Shown here: in pieces, positions 1 to 11,105 of the stretch
How the letters are laid out: every line of letters begins with the position of its first letter
How positions within the stretch are numbered: position 1 is the stretch's first letter
Source of the DNA: Vairimorpha necatrix
Taxonomy: Eukaryota
Direction: 5' to 3'
Assembly (NCBI GenBank): GCA_036630325.1
Contig: CP142737.1
Coordinates: 186,001-250,000, forward strand
DNA: 64,000 bases
Program-made: the position numbers and the translations under genes
Notes under the pieces: model-generated
What the model saw: the letters and a program-made list of their open reading frames with translations, nothing else
Database searches by the model: none
What the model was told of the DNA's origin: nothing

Positions 1-54
1 ACAAGTAGAACAAAATATCTATTTTAATTTAGGTATATGTTAATCTTTCACTGT

Positions 55-1347
55 TCATTTTTCAGTGCATAAAAATTCGTCTCCCAGTCCTGAAATATAA
101 ATCTTCATAATACCATCCTCGTCATACCCGAGTGTACAGACAGAATTAGAAGTTACACTTAAAAGACCTGATAAATTATTAGGAAACTTACTATACAAAA
201 TATTATTCTCGGTCATAAGATATTTACAGTCTATCTTAAACTTCTTATTCATAAATTTAAAAAGATCTAAGGCAGTAGAATTCTCTCTATGCACTAAATA
301 TACCCATTTCTTAGAGCACACTGAACAGTCACTGTTCTTATCACTGGGATATAATTCATTATAGAGCTTATTCCCCAGTGTAAGGAAATAATACTTGTTA
401 GACTTCTCACTGAGGAGCATGAACGAAGCCACAATAGAATTAGTAGTACAAAGGGAAGGAATAATATTATTGGCTATATTCTGAAAGTCGAAGTAACTCA
501 GAACATCTATCCCTGCTGATTTAGATCTCATACAAGACAATCTGTAAAGTAACTTGACCTTGTAAATTTCATCCTTATCATAATCAGAGATCTTATTATA
601 TTTCTTAAGAAGGAAAGATATATACTTTATTAATTTCTTTATATCTCTTCTGATTTTATTATAAAATAAATCCAGAGAAACTTGGTCCTTATTTACTAGT
701 AAGTTACTAACTACAAATTTCTTGTAAAACTTCCTTGGTGCTCTAAATTTCTTGATGATTTCCTTGAAATCAAATTCGTCGTCAAAGAAGACACTTTTTA
801 CAAACTCAATACAATGCTCAAATTTAGTAGGAATAGATCTTATAGTGCACAAATTGTATGTCTTCTGATTGGGTTTAGGAAGGCAATCAAAGCATTCATT
901 AGAATAGTCAAAAATACAAGATTGTCCTTTAAATCCACTTGATCCGCCATCTATAAGTTTTATATTTCCCAAAAAGCATCTCAGATTGACATATGAACGA
1001 GTCTCATTATTATCAAGACAATTATAAACCACATCAAACTTCTTAAAAAAATCTAGATCGTATTTGAAAATAGATTCAGTTATTGTTGTAACATCCCAAT
1101 TTGTGAGATCTTTGATCTTCTGTCCTACTACTTCAGATTTATATTTGCCAATATCTTGTTCAGTAAAGAAAAACTGACGATTTAGATTTGTAAGTTCTAT
1201 AGTATCAAAATCTATAATAGTGATCTTTAGTTCTGATGATAGACATAATAATTTAGATAATTCACATCCTATACCACCAGCACCAACAACTAGAACATTC
1301 TTCACATGGGTCTTATGTTCCGAGACAGAATAAATATTTTCAACCAT
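55..1347 (-). CDS. UBA2: Ubiquitin-like activating enzyme E1, SUMO E1 catalytic subunit (Uba2-like)
   Basis: GAGGIGCEL nucleotide-binding motif, TNLNRQF, active-site CTIRSIP..HCI, NIIPSLCTTN and CxxC pairs. GCCCTTTT precedes the ATG. Uba3 is not fully excluded. Confidence 0.8.
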   Translation of the reverse strand: MVENIYSVSEHKTHVKNVLVVGAGGIGCELSKLLCLSSELKITIIDFDTIELTNLNRQFFFTEQDIGKYKSEVVGQKIKDLTNWDVTTITESIFKYDLDFFKKFDVVYNCLDNNETRSYVNLRCFLGNIKLIDGGSSGFKGQSCIFDYSNECFDCLPKPNQKTYNLCTIRSIPTKFEHCIEFVKSVFFDDEFDFKEIIKKFRAPRKFYKKFVVSNLLVNKDQVSLDLFYNKIRRDIKKLIKYISFLLKKYNKISDYDKDEIYKVKLLYRLSCMRSKSAGIDVLSYFDFQNIANNIIPSLCTTNSIVASFMLLSEKSNKYYFLTLGNKLYNELYPSDKNSDCSVCSKKWVYLVHRENSTALDLFKFMNKKFKIDCKYLMTENNILYSKFPNNLSGLLSVTSNSVCTLGYDEDGIMKIYISGLGDEFLCTEK

Positions 1348-3304
1348 AAAAGGGCAAAATATATAAGATTTAATAGTAATTAATAGACAATATAATATGA
1401 GATAAATTAAGTTATAAGATCATATATATAAGAGTATAAATGTTAGCCAATATACAACTGACGTCAAGATATATAAGCATAAGCTTCATGGAAAAATATT
1501 TACAAGAAATAATATAAGATTATATGTAAATGATCATTAAGCAAGACCCACGAGAATTACGACCTTAAAACTTACGATAGTTAATATATTTATTGAAAAA
1601 AAATAAATTCAATTTCCTATTCTGATTCTCAAACGGCGAATCATAATTGACCATTGATTATTACAATAGTATACAATATGTCGAAGAATTAAATTAGATT
1701 ATAAAAAGTACAACAGCTTCGCGATTATAATTGTAGATAAATATATGTTAAAATTTCCATCGAAAGGTATGAATTGTAAGCTTTTATAATTTGTGCTGTA
1801 GAGACGAGAAAGAAGCACAAATACGACTTGTATGAAGTTCATGTGGGTATTATTTACAGACTTATGTTTAATATTGCTCCTTGTATGTTGACTCAGAAAA
1901 TAATTATAACTAATTTTCACGGCAAACACCTAAAAGTAAGATTAAAACTTTAACGAAAGCATACATACAGACAAGAGTCAAAAATTTTAAATTGTAAAGT
2001 CCTACTTTGCCAGGCAAAATGTTCTTGGTCCCGATAAAGGAATTCATAGGTGAATACGCACGATGAAAATTTCTTATTAAAATAAACAAACATTTACGGC
2101 ATTATACTCAAATATATCAGATTGGAAGAAAAACCTATGAATATTGCAGCCAAGGAATATTGTCACTCCGAAATTGTTCTTCAAATTCGATTTAACCCCA
2201 AAAATGAATTGCAAAAAATTAAGCATCAATGTACAAGATTTACTGTGTATATTTTATATCAGCCCTAGAAAAATAGGGCAAAATATATCAAAGACTATAA
2301 AAGACTAACTTAATTAGAAATGCATTACAGTTTAGATATACTTTCCATGTATAAAAAAATATATAAAAGAAGGAAATTTAGCTTTTATATAACATTGGTA
2401 CAAAATATATATTTTAACTAGCTTTACTTATTTTTATAGGCTCGCTAAATTGTCTAAGTATTAAGTATTTGACTTTTACTATGATTTACAATAAATGTCT
2501 CTATATAGCAAATTAAGAGTTTAAGAATAGTCTTTAGATAGACGGTTTATATAAATTGTAAATGTACGGGTAATCTGAAAATATTGAAACACCACTGCCT
2601 TTGTTATATAGATACCAAATGACAAAGCTTAGTGATTTCTTTGGTTTATATTAACAATCTTGTATTTACAAATTTCAATGATAACATTGGTTTTTAAAGC
2701 TCTATATATGTTTAGAAAGCATTGGTTTTATAATTTGTGGGTATTGTTTAAATATTCTGACTTATCATACTAATACTTATAAGTGATCACTAAAACATCG
2801 AAGAATTTAAAATTATAGTGACATGTCAAATATCTCTATGTGTTATACAATAATATTTGGCATGTCTTCTACACTGTCAACATAGTTTCTCGAAGTCTGG
2901 TTAGGTGTCATTTTTTAAAATGATTTGATTTTTAGGACAGAGTTCTTTTTGAGGAATTAAATAAAAGAAGTCTTAAATATTAAAAATAAACATGATTGTT
3001 CAATTTTAAAGATTCTATATTATATAATTACAAAAAATCTCTTGTTTTTTTTCTAGTAAATATTTTATATATAATCTGTATACAAATATTGATATTTTCT
3101 CTTTTAGGCTTCTTGGCAGATTCTAAGCTTGTTTGTTGATTTGGGGATGAAATATGAGGGTTCATTTGTCTAAATTCTCAAAGTATTACCATTTTATCAA
3201 ATAATAATCAAGTCAGTATTTTTTTATTAATTAAATATTATTTTTCTGTTGATTAGTTTCTTAATTATTATATGTATCTTATAGAAAGTACCCTTATAAT
3301 TAGA

Positions 3305-4978
3305 ATGATACAATCACAGGAGTTCGAAATAGAAAATACACACAAACCAAAGATATTTATCACCACATCGGGAATATCTGAAAAAGAAAAGTGTCTAATT
3401 AGGAAAATTCTTCCTTCGCACATTGTATTAGAAGATGAACTCACTACTTTGACTACTTATCTAATATCTTATAAATCAATAATCTCTGATAAATTCATCC
3501 AAGCCATGGCTTGGAATATAAAATATATCAAAGTAGATTGGCTATACGATACTGGATCAAATCCCAATAAATATATTCTAAAACCACTAGAAGGAATAGA
3601 ATTCTCTTCAAATGATATCACTAATGATATTTTTATAAATTTTCTATCTTTACAAGGCGCCGTATACAACGAAAACTTGACTATTAGCACTGGATTCTTC
3701 ATTTCAAATGTCAATGAAGGCGAAAAAATAGATTTCTGTAAAAAACACGATATACCGATTATTAGATCTGAAGAAATTTTTAAAAATAAGTACAAACTAA
3801 TACAAAGGCCTTTTAAAATCAAAGCATATAAAATAGACTGTGATAAAATTTTTAATGATAAATGTTTTTATATTGATCCTGAACTTAATTTGTCGTTATT
3901 TAATTTATTAAAAAGATTTATATTGGAATTCGGAGGTAGTAGATTGTCAGTAATAGATAGAAATGTAAACTATATTTTATCAAATAATATAAAAAATTTT
4001 TTAAATACTAAATGTAAAATATTACATTATCAATATATATTTGACTGTATAGACCATAAAGCCGAGTTATTTCCGAATTCCTATATAATAAATAAAGGAA
4101 TCAAGTCAAATATACTAAATAATACGATATGTTGTATAGAAAAATCTATAAAGAAAGATAGTCTACAAATAATAAATAAACTAAAAGCTTTGGGCTGTTA
4201 TATAAAAGAAGATGACAATTTATCATGTACACACATGATTATAAAAGATAAAAACGAATATAAATCTGTAGGTCTAAAACCATATAAAATGGTCACAGTC
4301 GACTGGATAGACCAGTGCTTATACACCCTTAAACATGTAAGAGAGGATAAATATTTAGTAAAAGAATCAAACTTAAGCTTATTCGCACTTACAAATAATA
4401 AAACAAATATAAAACGAATAAAAACTGCAGCTACAAGACAAAAGATCTTCCAATTTACAGGTCTGCCATCTTTTTTAAAAAATAAAGCTATAGAAATGTT
4501 GGAAAAATTCAATATAAAATATATAATAAGCGAAAGATATGAAGAATGCACTCATTTAATCATGGGGAATGTAAGCACATCGGAAAAATTCCTCTGTGCT
4601 CTTGCAAACGGAGCTTGGATTTTAACACCCGAATTCATAGAAAACTTTGATAATTCAATACACTTTGATTATGAACAATATGAATGGAAAAGTGATGAAA
4701 ATACAGACGACAAAGATAAAAAAATAATAAATTCTATAAAAAAATGGAGAGAAAGGAACATAAAGACGGGATATCCGGCATTTTATAAATGGAAAGTAAA
4801 GTTATACGCAACAGAAGCAAAAAGGCAAAATTTTACAAGGGTAATTGAAAATGGAGGGGGTCAAGTTGTAACAAATGAGACATTTACACATTGTTTTATA
4901 GCTAAAGATTATAAAGACGCAGTGAAAGAAAAGAAAGCGTATAGTACAGACTATATATTCGCATATTTATTTAAATAA
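3305..4978 (+). CDS. TOPBP1: Multi-BRCT checkpoint/replication protein, TopBP1/Dpb11/Rad4-like
   Basis: Several BRCT signatures (YIKVDWLYD, ILHYQYIFDC, CTHMI...VTVDWIDQC). The C-terminal pair CTHLI..SEKFLCALANGAWIL..YEW..WR..AF..WKV resembles TopBP1 BRCT7-8. Start moved from 3272 to ATG 3305, which follows a CCC motif. Confidence 0.7.
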   Translation: MIQSQEFEIENTHKPKIFITTSGISEKEKCLIRKILPSHIVLEDELTTLTTYLISYKSIISDKFIQAMAWNIKYIKVDWLYDTGSNPNKYILKPLEGIEFSSNDITNDIFINFLSLQGAVYNENLTISTGFFISNVNEGEKIDFCKKHDIPIIRSEEIFKNKYKLIQRPFKIKAYKIDCDKIFNDKCFYIDPELNLSLFNLLKRFILEFGGSRLSVIDRNVNYILSNNIKNFLNTKCKILHYQYIFDCIDHKAELFPNSYIINKGIKSNILNNTICCIEKSIKKDSLQIINKLKALGCYIKEDDNLSCTHMIIKDKNEYKSVGLKPYKMVTVDWIDQCLYTLKHVREDKYLVKESNLSLFALTNNKTNIKRIKTAATRQKIFQFTGLPSFLKNKAIEMLEKFNIKYIISERYEECTHLIMGNVSTSEKFLCALANGAWILTPEFIENFDNSIHFDYEQYEWKSDENTDDKDKKIINSIKKWRERNIKTGYPAFYKWKVKLYATEAKRQNFTRVIENGGGQVVTNETFTHCFIAKDYKDAVKEKKAYSTDYIFAYLFK

Positions 4979-5384
4979 TATAGTAAAAAAGCAATAAATA
5001 TATTAAATTAAAAAAAAATTTATAATTGAAAAAAAAATTAGATATTTTAAAAAAAGTAATATATAACAAAAGTAAATAAATGATTTATTATAAATGAAAT
5101 AAATGCAATTATTATAAATGTACCTTAAATATCATTTAACAATAAAAAAAACTTACTATCCTATAATAAATAAAAATTTTATATAGAATAAATTAGAATT
5201 TACAAAATAAAAAAGATTGCAAATGTATACATATGCATATTACAAATAAACAAAATTATACACAATAAAAATAAATCTTTTCAATAGAATAAATCATTTT
5301 TTTCATAATGAAAATTTTTCTTTTATTATTTATTTATTTATTTTCTGAAACACTTTGTATATAAATCAGGTATAAATAAACAAT

Positions 5385-7355
5385 ATGAAATATAAAACAT
5401 TATGGATAATATTTTTCACTACATTTATTATCAGAACTTATAAAATAGAAAAGGGAAACTTTGTAATATGGGATGAAGCACACTTTGGTAAATTTTCATC
5501 TAGATATCTATCAAGATCTTTTTATTTTGATGTTCATCCTCCATTGGGCAAAATGCTCACTGCAGTAGGTGGATATTTATTTGAACAATCTCCAGATTTT
5601 TCATTTGACTCCGGATCAAAATATCCAAATAACTTCGACTATGTAGGAATGAGAAGATTTCATGCATTCATTGCATCTTTAATGCCCGTCTTTAGTTATC
5701 TCATACTTAAAGAACTCGGTTACAAGTACAACTTAAGAATTTTAATGACTATGATTTTTATATTTGAAAATGGATTTACGTCAATAGGAAGATTAATTCT
5801 ACTTGATTCACATTTATTAACTTGTACTTCTGCTGTTATTTATTGTCTAACTAGACTTTATAATAGAAATTACAAAATGAAAGATTTATTGTTATTGGGT
5901 ATTAGTCTCGGACTAGTCTTGAGCATTAAGTGGATAGGATGTCTGACTACAGCTGTAGTAGGAATATTCATTATATATACACTATACAAACAAATAAGCA
6001 CCAAGGAACCACTCAATAACTTCATTCTGAAATTTTTTAGATTTGCCAGTTTTCTGATAATAGTGCCAGTCACAATATATGTTCTACTCTACTATATTCA
6101 TTTCAATATAGTGCATAAAAGTAGCACAGATGAAGGTCATATGAGTTCATTCTTTCAGTCAACACTTCAAGGAAATTCTCATATAAAAAATCGAAAATAT
6201 ATTGCTTACGGAACGAAGATAACAATAAAAAATGACAAGTATGGCGGAGGATATCTTCATTCACATGACCAAGAATATCCTAATTATAAAATCAGTCAAG
6301 TTACTAGTTATTATCATAAGGATAATAATAACAACTGGGCATTACAAAAGGTGTCGGAAACGGATAAAGATGCATTATTTGTTAAAAATGGCGATAAAAT
6401 AGTATTATTACACATGGAAACTTCTAAATATTTAATTGTAGAAGATTCTAAGGCTTATTTTTCTGACGGACTCCTTACAGGTACAAGTAAAGATCATTTA
6501 AGCGAAGATAACATTTTTATTATCGAGATAATTAAAGATACAAATATTTTAGAAGATAAAGTAAAAAGTTTGACCACTAAGTTTAAACTTAGACATCAAA
6601 ATACTGGCAATTATATTACTAGTACTACTCAAAAATACCCAGAGTGGGGATTTTCACAAGGAGAAATCATCTGTTCAGAAGATGATAGCGGATCTATATG
6701 GACAGTAGAAGAAAACATTTCAGATAAAATATCCAAAGATGTAAATCCTCAATACGATGAAGTTTACAAATCCATTTTTATTAATAATTTCATAGAACAT
6801 AACATATTACAATATAACGTAAACAAGTCATTTATCCAAGATGATGACTTAGAACCGGAAATTATAACATCTAAACCATATGAATGGCCTTTCTTATTAA
6901 GAGGACTAAGAATGACCAATTGGAACGATGATAAATTGAAATTTTATATGTTTGGTAACCCATTATTGTGGTATTCATCTACCGTAAGTATATTAGTGAC
7001 ACCGGTAATATATTTTGTAAAGTATATTAGATACAAAAGAGGCATAAAAAAATTTAAAAAATTAGAATTAGAAGCATTTGAAGTTTTTATTTGTATTTTC
7101 GGATACTTTATGCACTATATACCATTCTTTAAGGTATCTCGCGTTCTATATTTTCATCATTATTATCCCGCATTGTTTTTTGCTTTGCTGTCATTATGTT
7201 ATGTTTTAAAACATATGAGTCATAAATACTTACAGATTTTTATAGGTGCTAGTATATATTTCTATTTTTTATTTTCACCGCTAACATACGGATTTATAAA
7301 TCCTGATAGGATTCGAACTTTGAGGTTTATTCAATCATGGAATTTTTTAGAATAA
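5385..7355 (+). CDS. PMT2: Dolichyl-phosphate-mannose:protein O-mannosyltransferase, PMT2 subfamily
   Basis: WDEAHFGKF (PMT2-type), FDVHPPLGK, ILLDS, MIR domain (YLHSH, QVTSY, WGFSQGE), RVLYFHHYYPAL and multiple TM segments. Confidence 0.92.
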   Translation: MKYKTLWIIFFTTFIIRTYKIEKGNFVIWDEAHFGKFSSRYLSRSFYFDVHPPLGKMLTAVGGYLFEQSPDFSFDSGSKYPNNFDYVGMRRFHAFIASLMPVFSYLILKELGYKYNLRILMTMIFIFENGFTSIGRLILLDSHLLTCTSAVIYCLTRLYNRNYKMKDLLLLGISLGLVLSIKWIGCLTTAVVGIFIIYTLYKQISTKEPLNNFILKFFRFASFLIIVPVTIYVLLYYIHFNIVHKSSTDEGHMSSFFQSTLQGNSHIKNRKYIAYGTKITIKNDKYGGGYLHSHDQEYPNYKISQVTSYYHKDNNNNWALQKVSETDKDALFVKNGDKIVLLHMETSKYLIVEDSKAYFSDGLLTGTSKDHLSEDNIFIIEIIKDTNILEDKVKSLTTKFKLRHQNTGNYITSTTQKYPEWGFSQGEIICSEDDSGSIWTVEENISDKISKDVNPQYDEVYKSIFINNFIEHNILQYNVNKSFIQDDDLEPEIITSKPYEWPFLLRGLRMTNWNDDKLKFYMFGNPLLWYSSTVSILVTPVIYFVKYIRYKRGIKKFKKLELEAFEVFICIFGYFMHYIPFFKVSRVLYFHHYYPALFFALLSLCYVLKHMSHKYLQIFIGASIYFYFLFSPLTYGFINPDRIRTLRFIQSWNFLE

Positions 7356-8482
7356 AAAAGACCCATTTTAAAATTTTTATATCTTATAAAGTTATCATTT
7401 GTATATAGTAATAAGAATTGTATGTCTAATAGGGACATATTAAAACCATATATACATGCAATATATTAGTAAGAATTTTGTCTTTTGTTTGTATACGTCA
7501 TTTTTCACTTTAAAAACGATTACAACTATCTAAAATTTTTTATTTACTTATGTGGTTCGGAGTTAATGACTCTATAAAATTTAATCAAGATCTATTAAAT
7601 AGCCTCTGTAAAGGCTATACATAATTGCCCTCAGTCTACTTATTTAGTATTTGAAGACTGCAGACATTAAATAGTTATACAGCTTTAATGTTTATTGTTA
7701 CAGCCCCGCGGTTTAAATACTATAATACAGATTATATTTAACCATAATTTTTTATAAATTAACGCTATGTTTATTGATACATAACTACTGTAACTCAATG
7801 TATGTCTATTTAATTTGTTCTCTATTTCAAGGTCGTTTTTCATTTTTTTTTTGTTCCGTAATGCAAAAGTGTTTTGATCTTAGATTATGTCAAGAAAAAT
7901 ATATTTCAAACCATATTGTCTAATTTCATACATACCTATTATTTATTCCAATATCATTATGGTAAGTTTTATTGCATTTCTGCTTAAAAAAGACAAGGAA
8001 TACTTATATTAAATTATTCGTTTGTAATGTTTTTCGTTTTTAATTTATAACAATATGTAGTTTATAGATATTTTATGTCTATACTTCTTTTTTAAAAATT
8101 AACAAAATCTTCTAGATTTATATTGTATACATAGGCAATATGTAGTTACAAAAGTGGATAAAATATGAGCCGATACATAGTAATAATATAATTGTTTTCC
8201 TACTAGAACTTTTGGCGTAAAAGACAACATGAAATATTTGACTGCAATAATTGCCCAAATTCCGTATATGTTCTATAATCATTGACGTTTTCTTCATTAT
8301 TGTTAATTATTTAAATAAACTTTCGATATTTTCTGCAGTTAAATGCCAATAAAAGATAAACAAAAAACATTTTACAACTTATTATTTTCTTAATAACTTA
8401 ATTTACAAATTTTTTTTAACATGACAATAAAAAAGTTTTAAATAAAAATAAATTCATTAAATGACAAAGATTAGTTTGATTA

Positions 8483-8709
8483 TGTGGACTGATGGTTTCC
8501 CATCAGTCCGAGAAGAATGTTTTAAACTAATGTTTTTATTATTCTTCATACCCTTCTGGGTATGATTTTCTTTTATATTTATAGGCGGGAAAAATATTAT
8601 ACATTTTCCCTCCATAAACATAGTTGGGAGAAGGAAGAGAATACTTATAGAATCGTATTCTCTGAGCTCCAGGGCAATCTTAGGACCACTGGAGATCTGT
8701 CACTTGACA
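8483..8709 (-). repeat. 3' LTR of element 1
   Basis: Direct repeat of 10681-10907, adjacent to the PPT. Confidence 0.95.
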
Positions 8710-8731
8710 CTCCCCCCTTCTTTAAAGCCTC

Positions 8732-10747
8732 CTAGGTTCCCATTTGACGACACATCTTAAAGTACTTGCAGTAAATAGTGACTGCGTCCTTATTTAGGTT
8801 ATATGAATTATAGGCTCGCTTTATTTTGGCTACAGGGGTAATATATGACTTTCCCCTTTTATCAATCACTTTCTTCTTGAGGTTTATCGGCGGGTTTCGC
8901 CTTTGTATTGTGTTTTGTAGTTTATGAACACCTAATTTCTCATTTTTTATAACTATTCCTGTTTCCTCTCCTGGTTTAATCATCGTGTAAATGATATGTG
9001 TGTAGTGAGGCACTTCTAAACCTTCGTCGTAATTTTTACGCCATCCATTTATCATAAAATTAAAATTGAATGGTATATTTCTAAGCCCAGGGGGTACACT
9101 ACGCCCGTGAACATTTTTTATTAGTCCGTTATATGGCGACTGTTCTCTGTATTTCTCCCAGGTACTTATCTGACGATGCCTTAAATTCAAGCCCCATCTT
9201 ATACATTCAGGTGGATCATGTAATTCTTCAATGTAAGGAGTTGGGTAACCAACTTGTTTTTTAATTATGTAAAGTTTTCCCGGGTTCACATATATTCCTT
9301 TGTCCCTGAAAAATCCTTTGTCTAAAGCAATCGGGATAGTACCCGTCGAACAAGTTTCTCCAGTATGGGTTTCTTTCACCAGCTCTACGGGCTTGACTCT
9401 TATCGCTTCATTTTGACTTATTAGTCTTCTATGTTGAATGTTCTTTAATGCTGTAAGATCCTTTGGCACTTTCAAATCTATGCTACGATGTACACTTGAG
9501 CTTTGGTCTTTAATATGGAATGTTATAGAAGGTTTTATATCAAGTTTATTACTTTGTTCTTTTTCTTCTTGAACTAAATTCTCTCCGCCCATTTCTGTTA
9601 TATACGTGTCTGGTTTTTTCACCATAGTTGTACAGACAGATTTCTTTGTTCTGTCATATTCCATTTTATCGAGACTTTTTAGTAGATTTAGTTTCTTGGT
9701 ATCTTGTATGCCAATGATGAAGTTTTCCGGTAATTTCTCTTTTACATGAGCCTCGATCTTTAATTTTTTCTTGATCTTTGGCTTTTTGATAAAAACTTGT
9801 GTTTTCCCTTCTGCTTCAACCTGGTCTCCTTTTCTATCTACCTTAAGCGTATCTATTATTGGTTTTAATTCCAATTTCTGAATCATTGTTTTACTTTTAA
9901 GATTCACTCGAGATCCGGTATCATTAAGAGCGGATATTTGTGTTGTTCCCGAATATAAATTTATCCTCGGGCGGATATCTTGTAATTGAGTAGTATTTTT
10001 TTCTTTCCCCAACTTTAAAAGCTTGGCAGAATATACTTGTTCTGCCTTTTGACCAATGAGTTTATTATTTTTCCTTTCTCGTTTAGTGGCTTCATATGTT
10101 GGTTTCCTACTAAGTGTTTTCTTTTTGTTTAAATAGTTATTTATAAAAGTTTGTTTGTTCTCAACTAATTCCAGCAATTCCAACCAATCTTTCGTTTCTT
10201 CAATAGACTCCTTCAACCTATCAGGGGAGTTCTTTCCTATAGAAATCTTTGATCTGGCAAAATATTCAGGGTTTCCTTTTGCACATCTTTTGAGGTCGTA
10301 AGCGTAACTTAAAATGTCGCCTTCTTTTGGACCCTCCACGTATAGATGTATGAACCTATCAGTTATATCTTCTGCTAGTTTTTCTTTTAAATACTTTTTT
10401 TTAAACTGGGTTTTGAATGAATCATAGTCTGTAATTTCATCACCCTCGAACGCTCTGAACCATGTTAACGCCTTGCCTTTAAGTTTAGATTTGGCAATAT
10501 CTAGCGTTTTCTCTTGCGTATACACGTCCTCAATTTCGCGGAACTGAGTTAAAAAATCTTCGGCTTGTTTTGGATTTTCGCCGTTAAATTCTGTCCACCT
10601 CTTGCTCAGACATATTTTCTTCATGTGAGTGATAAGACTATTTAGGTGATCGTTCAAATCCTCGTCACCGTTACCACCATTGTGGACTGATGGTTTCCCA
10701 TCAGTCCGAGAAGAATGTTTTAAACTAATGTTTTTATTATTCTTCAT
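8732..10747 (-). CDS. Gag (retrotransposon capsid) plus protease-like and degenerate RT-like segments
   Basis: N-terminus aligns by eye with Gag of 46702..50538 (LKGKALTWFRA vs LKGKAELWFRA; SAKLLK; RPR). ALNDTGS is protease-like. No YxDD, RNase H or integrase motifs. The ORF is open from 10819, but ATG 10747 follows CCC/GGG and is conserved in the solo LTR. Confidence 0.8.
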   Translation of the reverse strand: MKNNKNISLKHSSRTDGKPSVHNGGNGDEDLNDHLNSLITHMKKICLSKRWTEFNGENPKQAEDFLTQFREIEDVYTQEKTLDIAKSKLKGKALTWFRAFEGDEITDYDSFKTQFKKKYLKEKLAEDITDRFIHLYVEGPKEGDILSYAYDLKRCAKGNPEYFARSKISIGKNSPDRLKESIEETKDWLELLELVENKQTFINNYLNKKKTLSRKPTYEATKRERKNNKLIGQKAEQVYSAKLLKLGKEKNTTQLQDIRPRINLYSGTTQISALNDTGSRVNLKSKTMIQKLELKPIIDTLKVDRKGDQVEAEGKTQVFIKKPKIKKKLKIEAHVKEKLPENFIIGIQDTKKLNLLKSLDKMEYDRTKKSVCTTMVKKPDTYITEMGGENLVQEEKEQSNKLDIKPSITFHIKDQSSSVHRSIDLKVPKDLTALKNIQHRRLISQNEAIRVKPVELVKETHTGETCSTGTIPIALDKGFFRDKGIYVNPGKLYIIKKQVGYPTPYIEELHDPPECIRWGLNLRHRQISTWEKYREQSPYNGLIKNVHGRSVPPGLRNIPFNFNFMINGWRKNYDEGLEVPHYTHIIYTMIKPGEETGIVIKNEKLGVHKLQNTIQRRNPPINLKKKVIDKRGKSYITPVAKIKRAYNSYNLNKDAVTIYCKYFKMCRQMGT

Positions 10748-10907
10748 ACCCTTCTGGGTATGATTTTCTTTTATATTTATAGGCGGGAAAAATATTATAC
10801 ATTTTCCCTCCATAAACATAGTTGGGAGAAGGAAGAGAATACTTATAGAATCGTATTCTCTGAGCTCCAGGGCAATCTTAGGACCACTGGAGATCTGTCA
10901 CTTGACA
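10681..10907 (-). repeat. 5' LTR of element 1
   Basis: Direct repeat of 8483-8709, followed on the minus strand by a TGG-starting PBS. Confidence 0.95.
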
Positions 10908-11105
10908 GATTACATTCAAAAAAACTAACAGAATGGCCCGCGCTCAAACAAGTTATTGTAGGATACGAACAAAAATGATTATAGTTTTATATGATGAATA
11001 ATCAATGATATTAAATTACTATGGAAATATATAAAGTTTAGGGTAGAACTTTATTTTGTCTCATAAACTTTATCATTTATCTAGAAAAAAAATATTTTAA
11101 TTTTT

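Larger units (their letters stand above)
8483..10907 (-). mobile_element. Non-autonomous Ty3/gypsy-type LTR retroelement (element 1), 2425 bp
   Basis: Identical 227-bp TG...CA LTRs at 8483-8709 and 10681-10907. TSD GATTA on both sides (8478-8482, 10908-10912). PPT AAAGAAGGGGGGAG (8710-8723, minus). PBS-like TGGTGGTAACGGTG (10666-10679, minus). Confidence 0.95.

Noticed and set aside
3469-4551. Antisense ORFs 3469..3822 and 4198..4551, and similar shadows such as 23102..23668, 47880..48218 and 58364..58759
   Set aside because: They lie opposite well-supported genes and are expected from codon bias in AT-rich coding DNA.
10760-10978. 72-aa ORF
   Set aside because: Antisense reading of the element 1 LTR running into flank.
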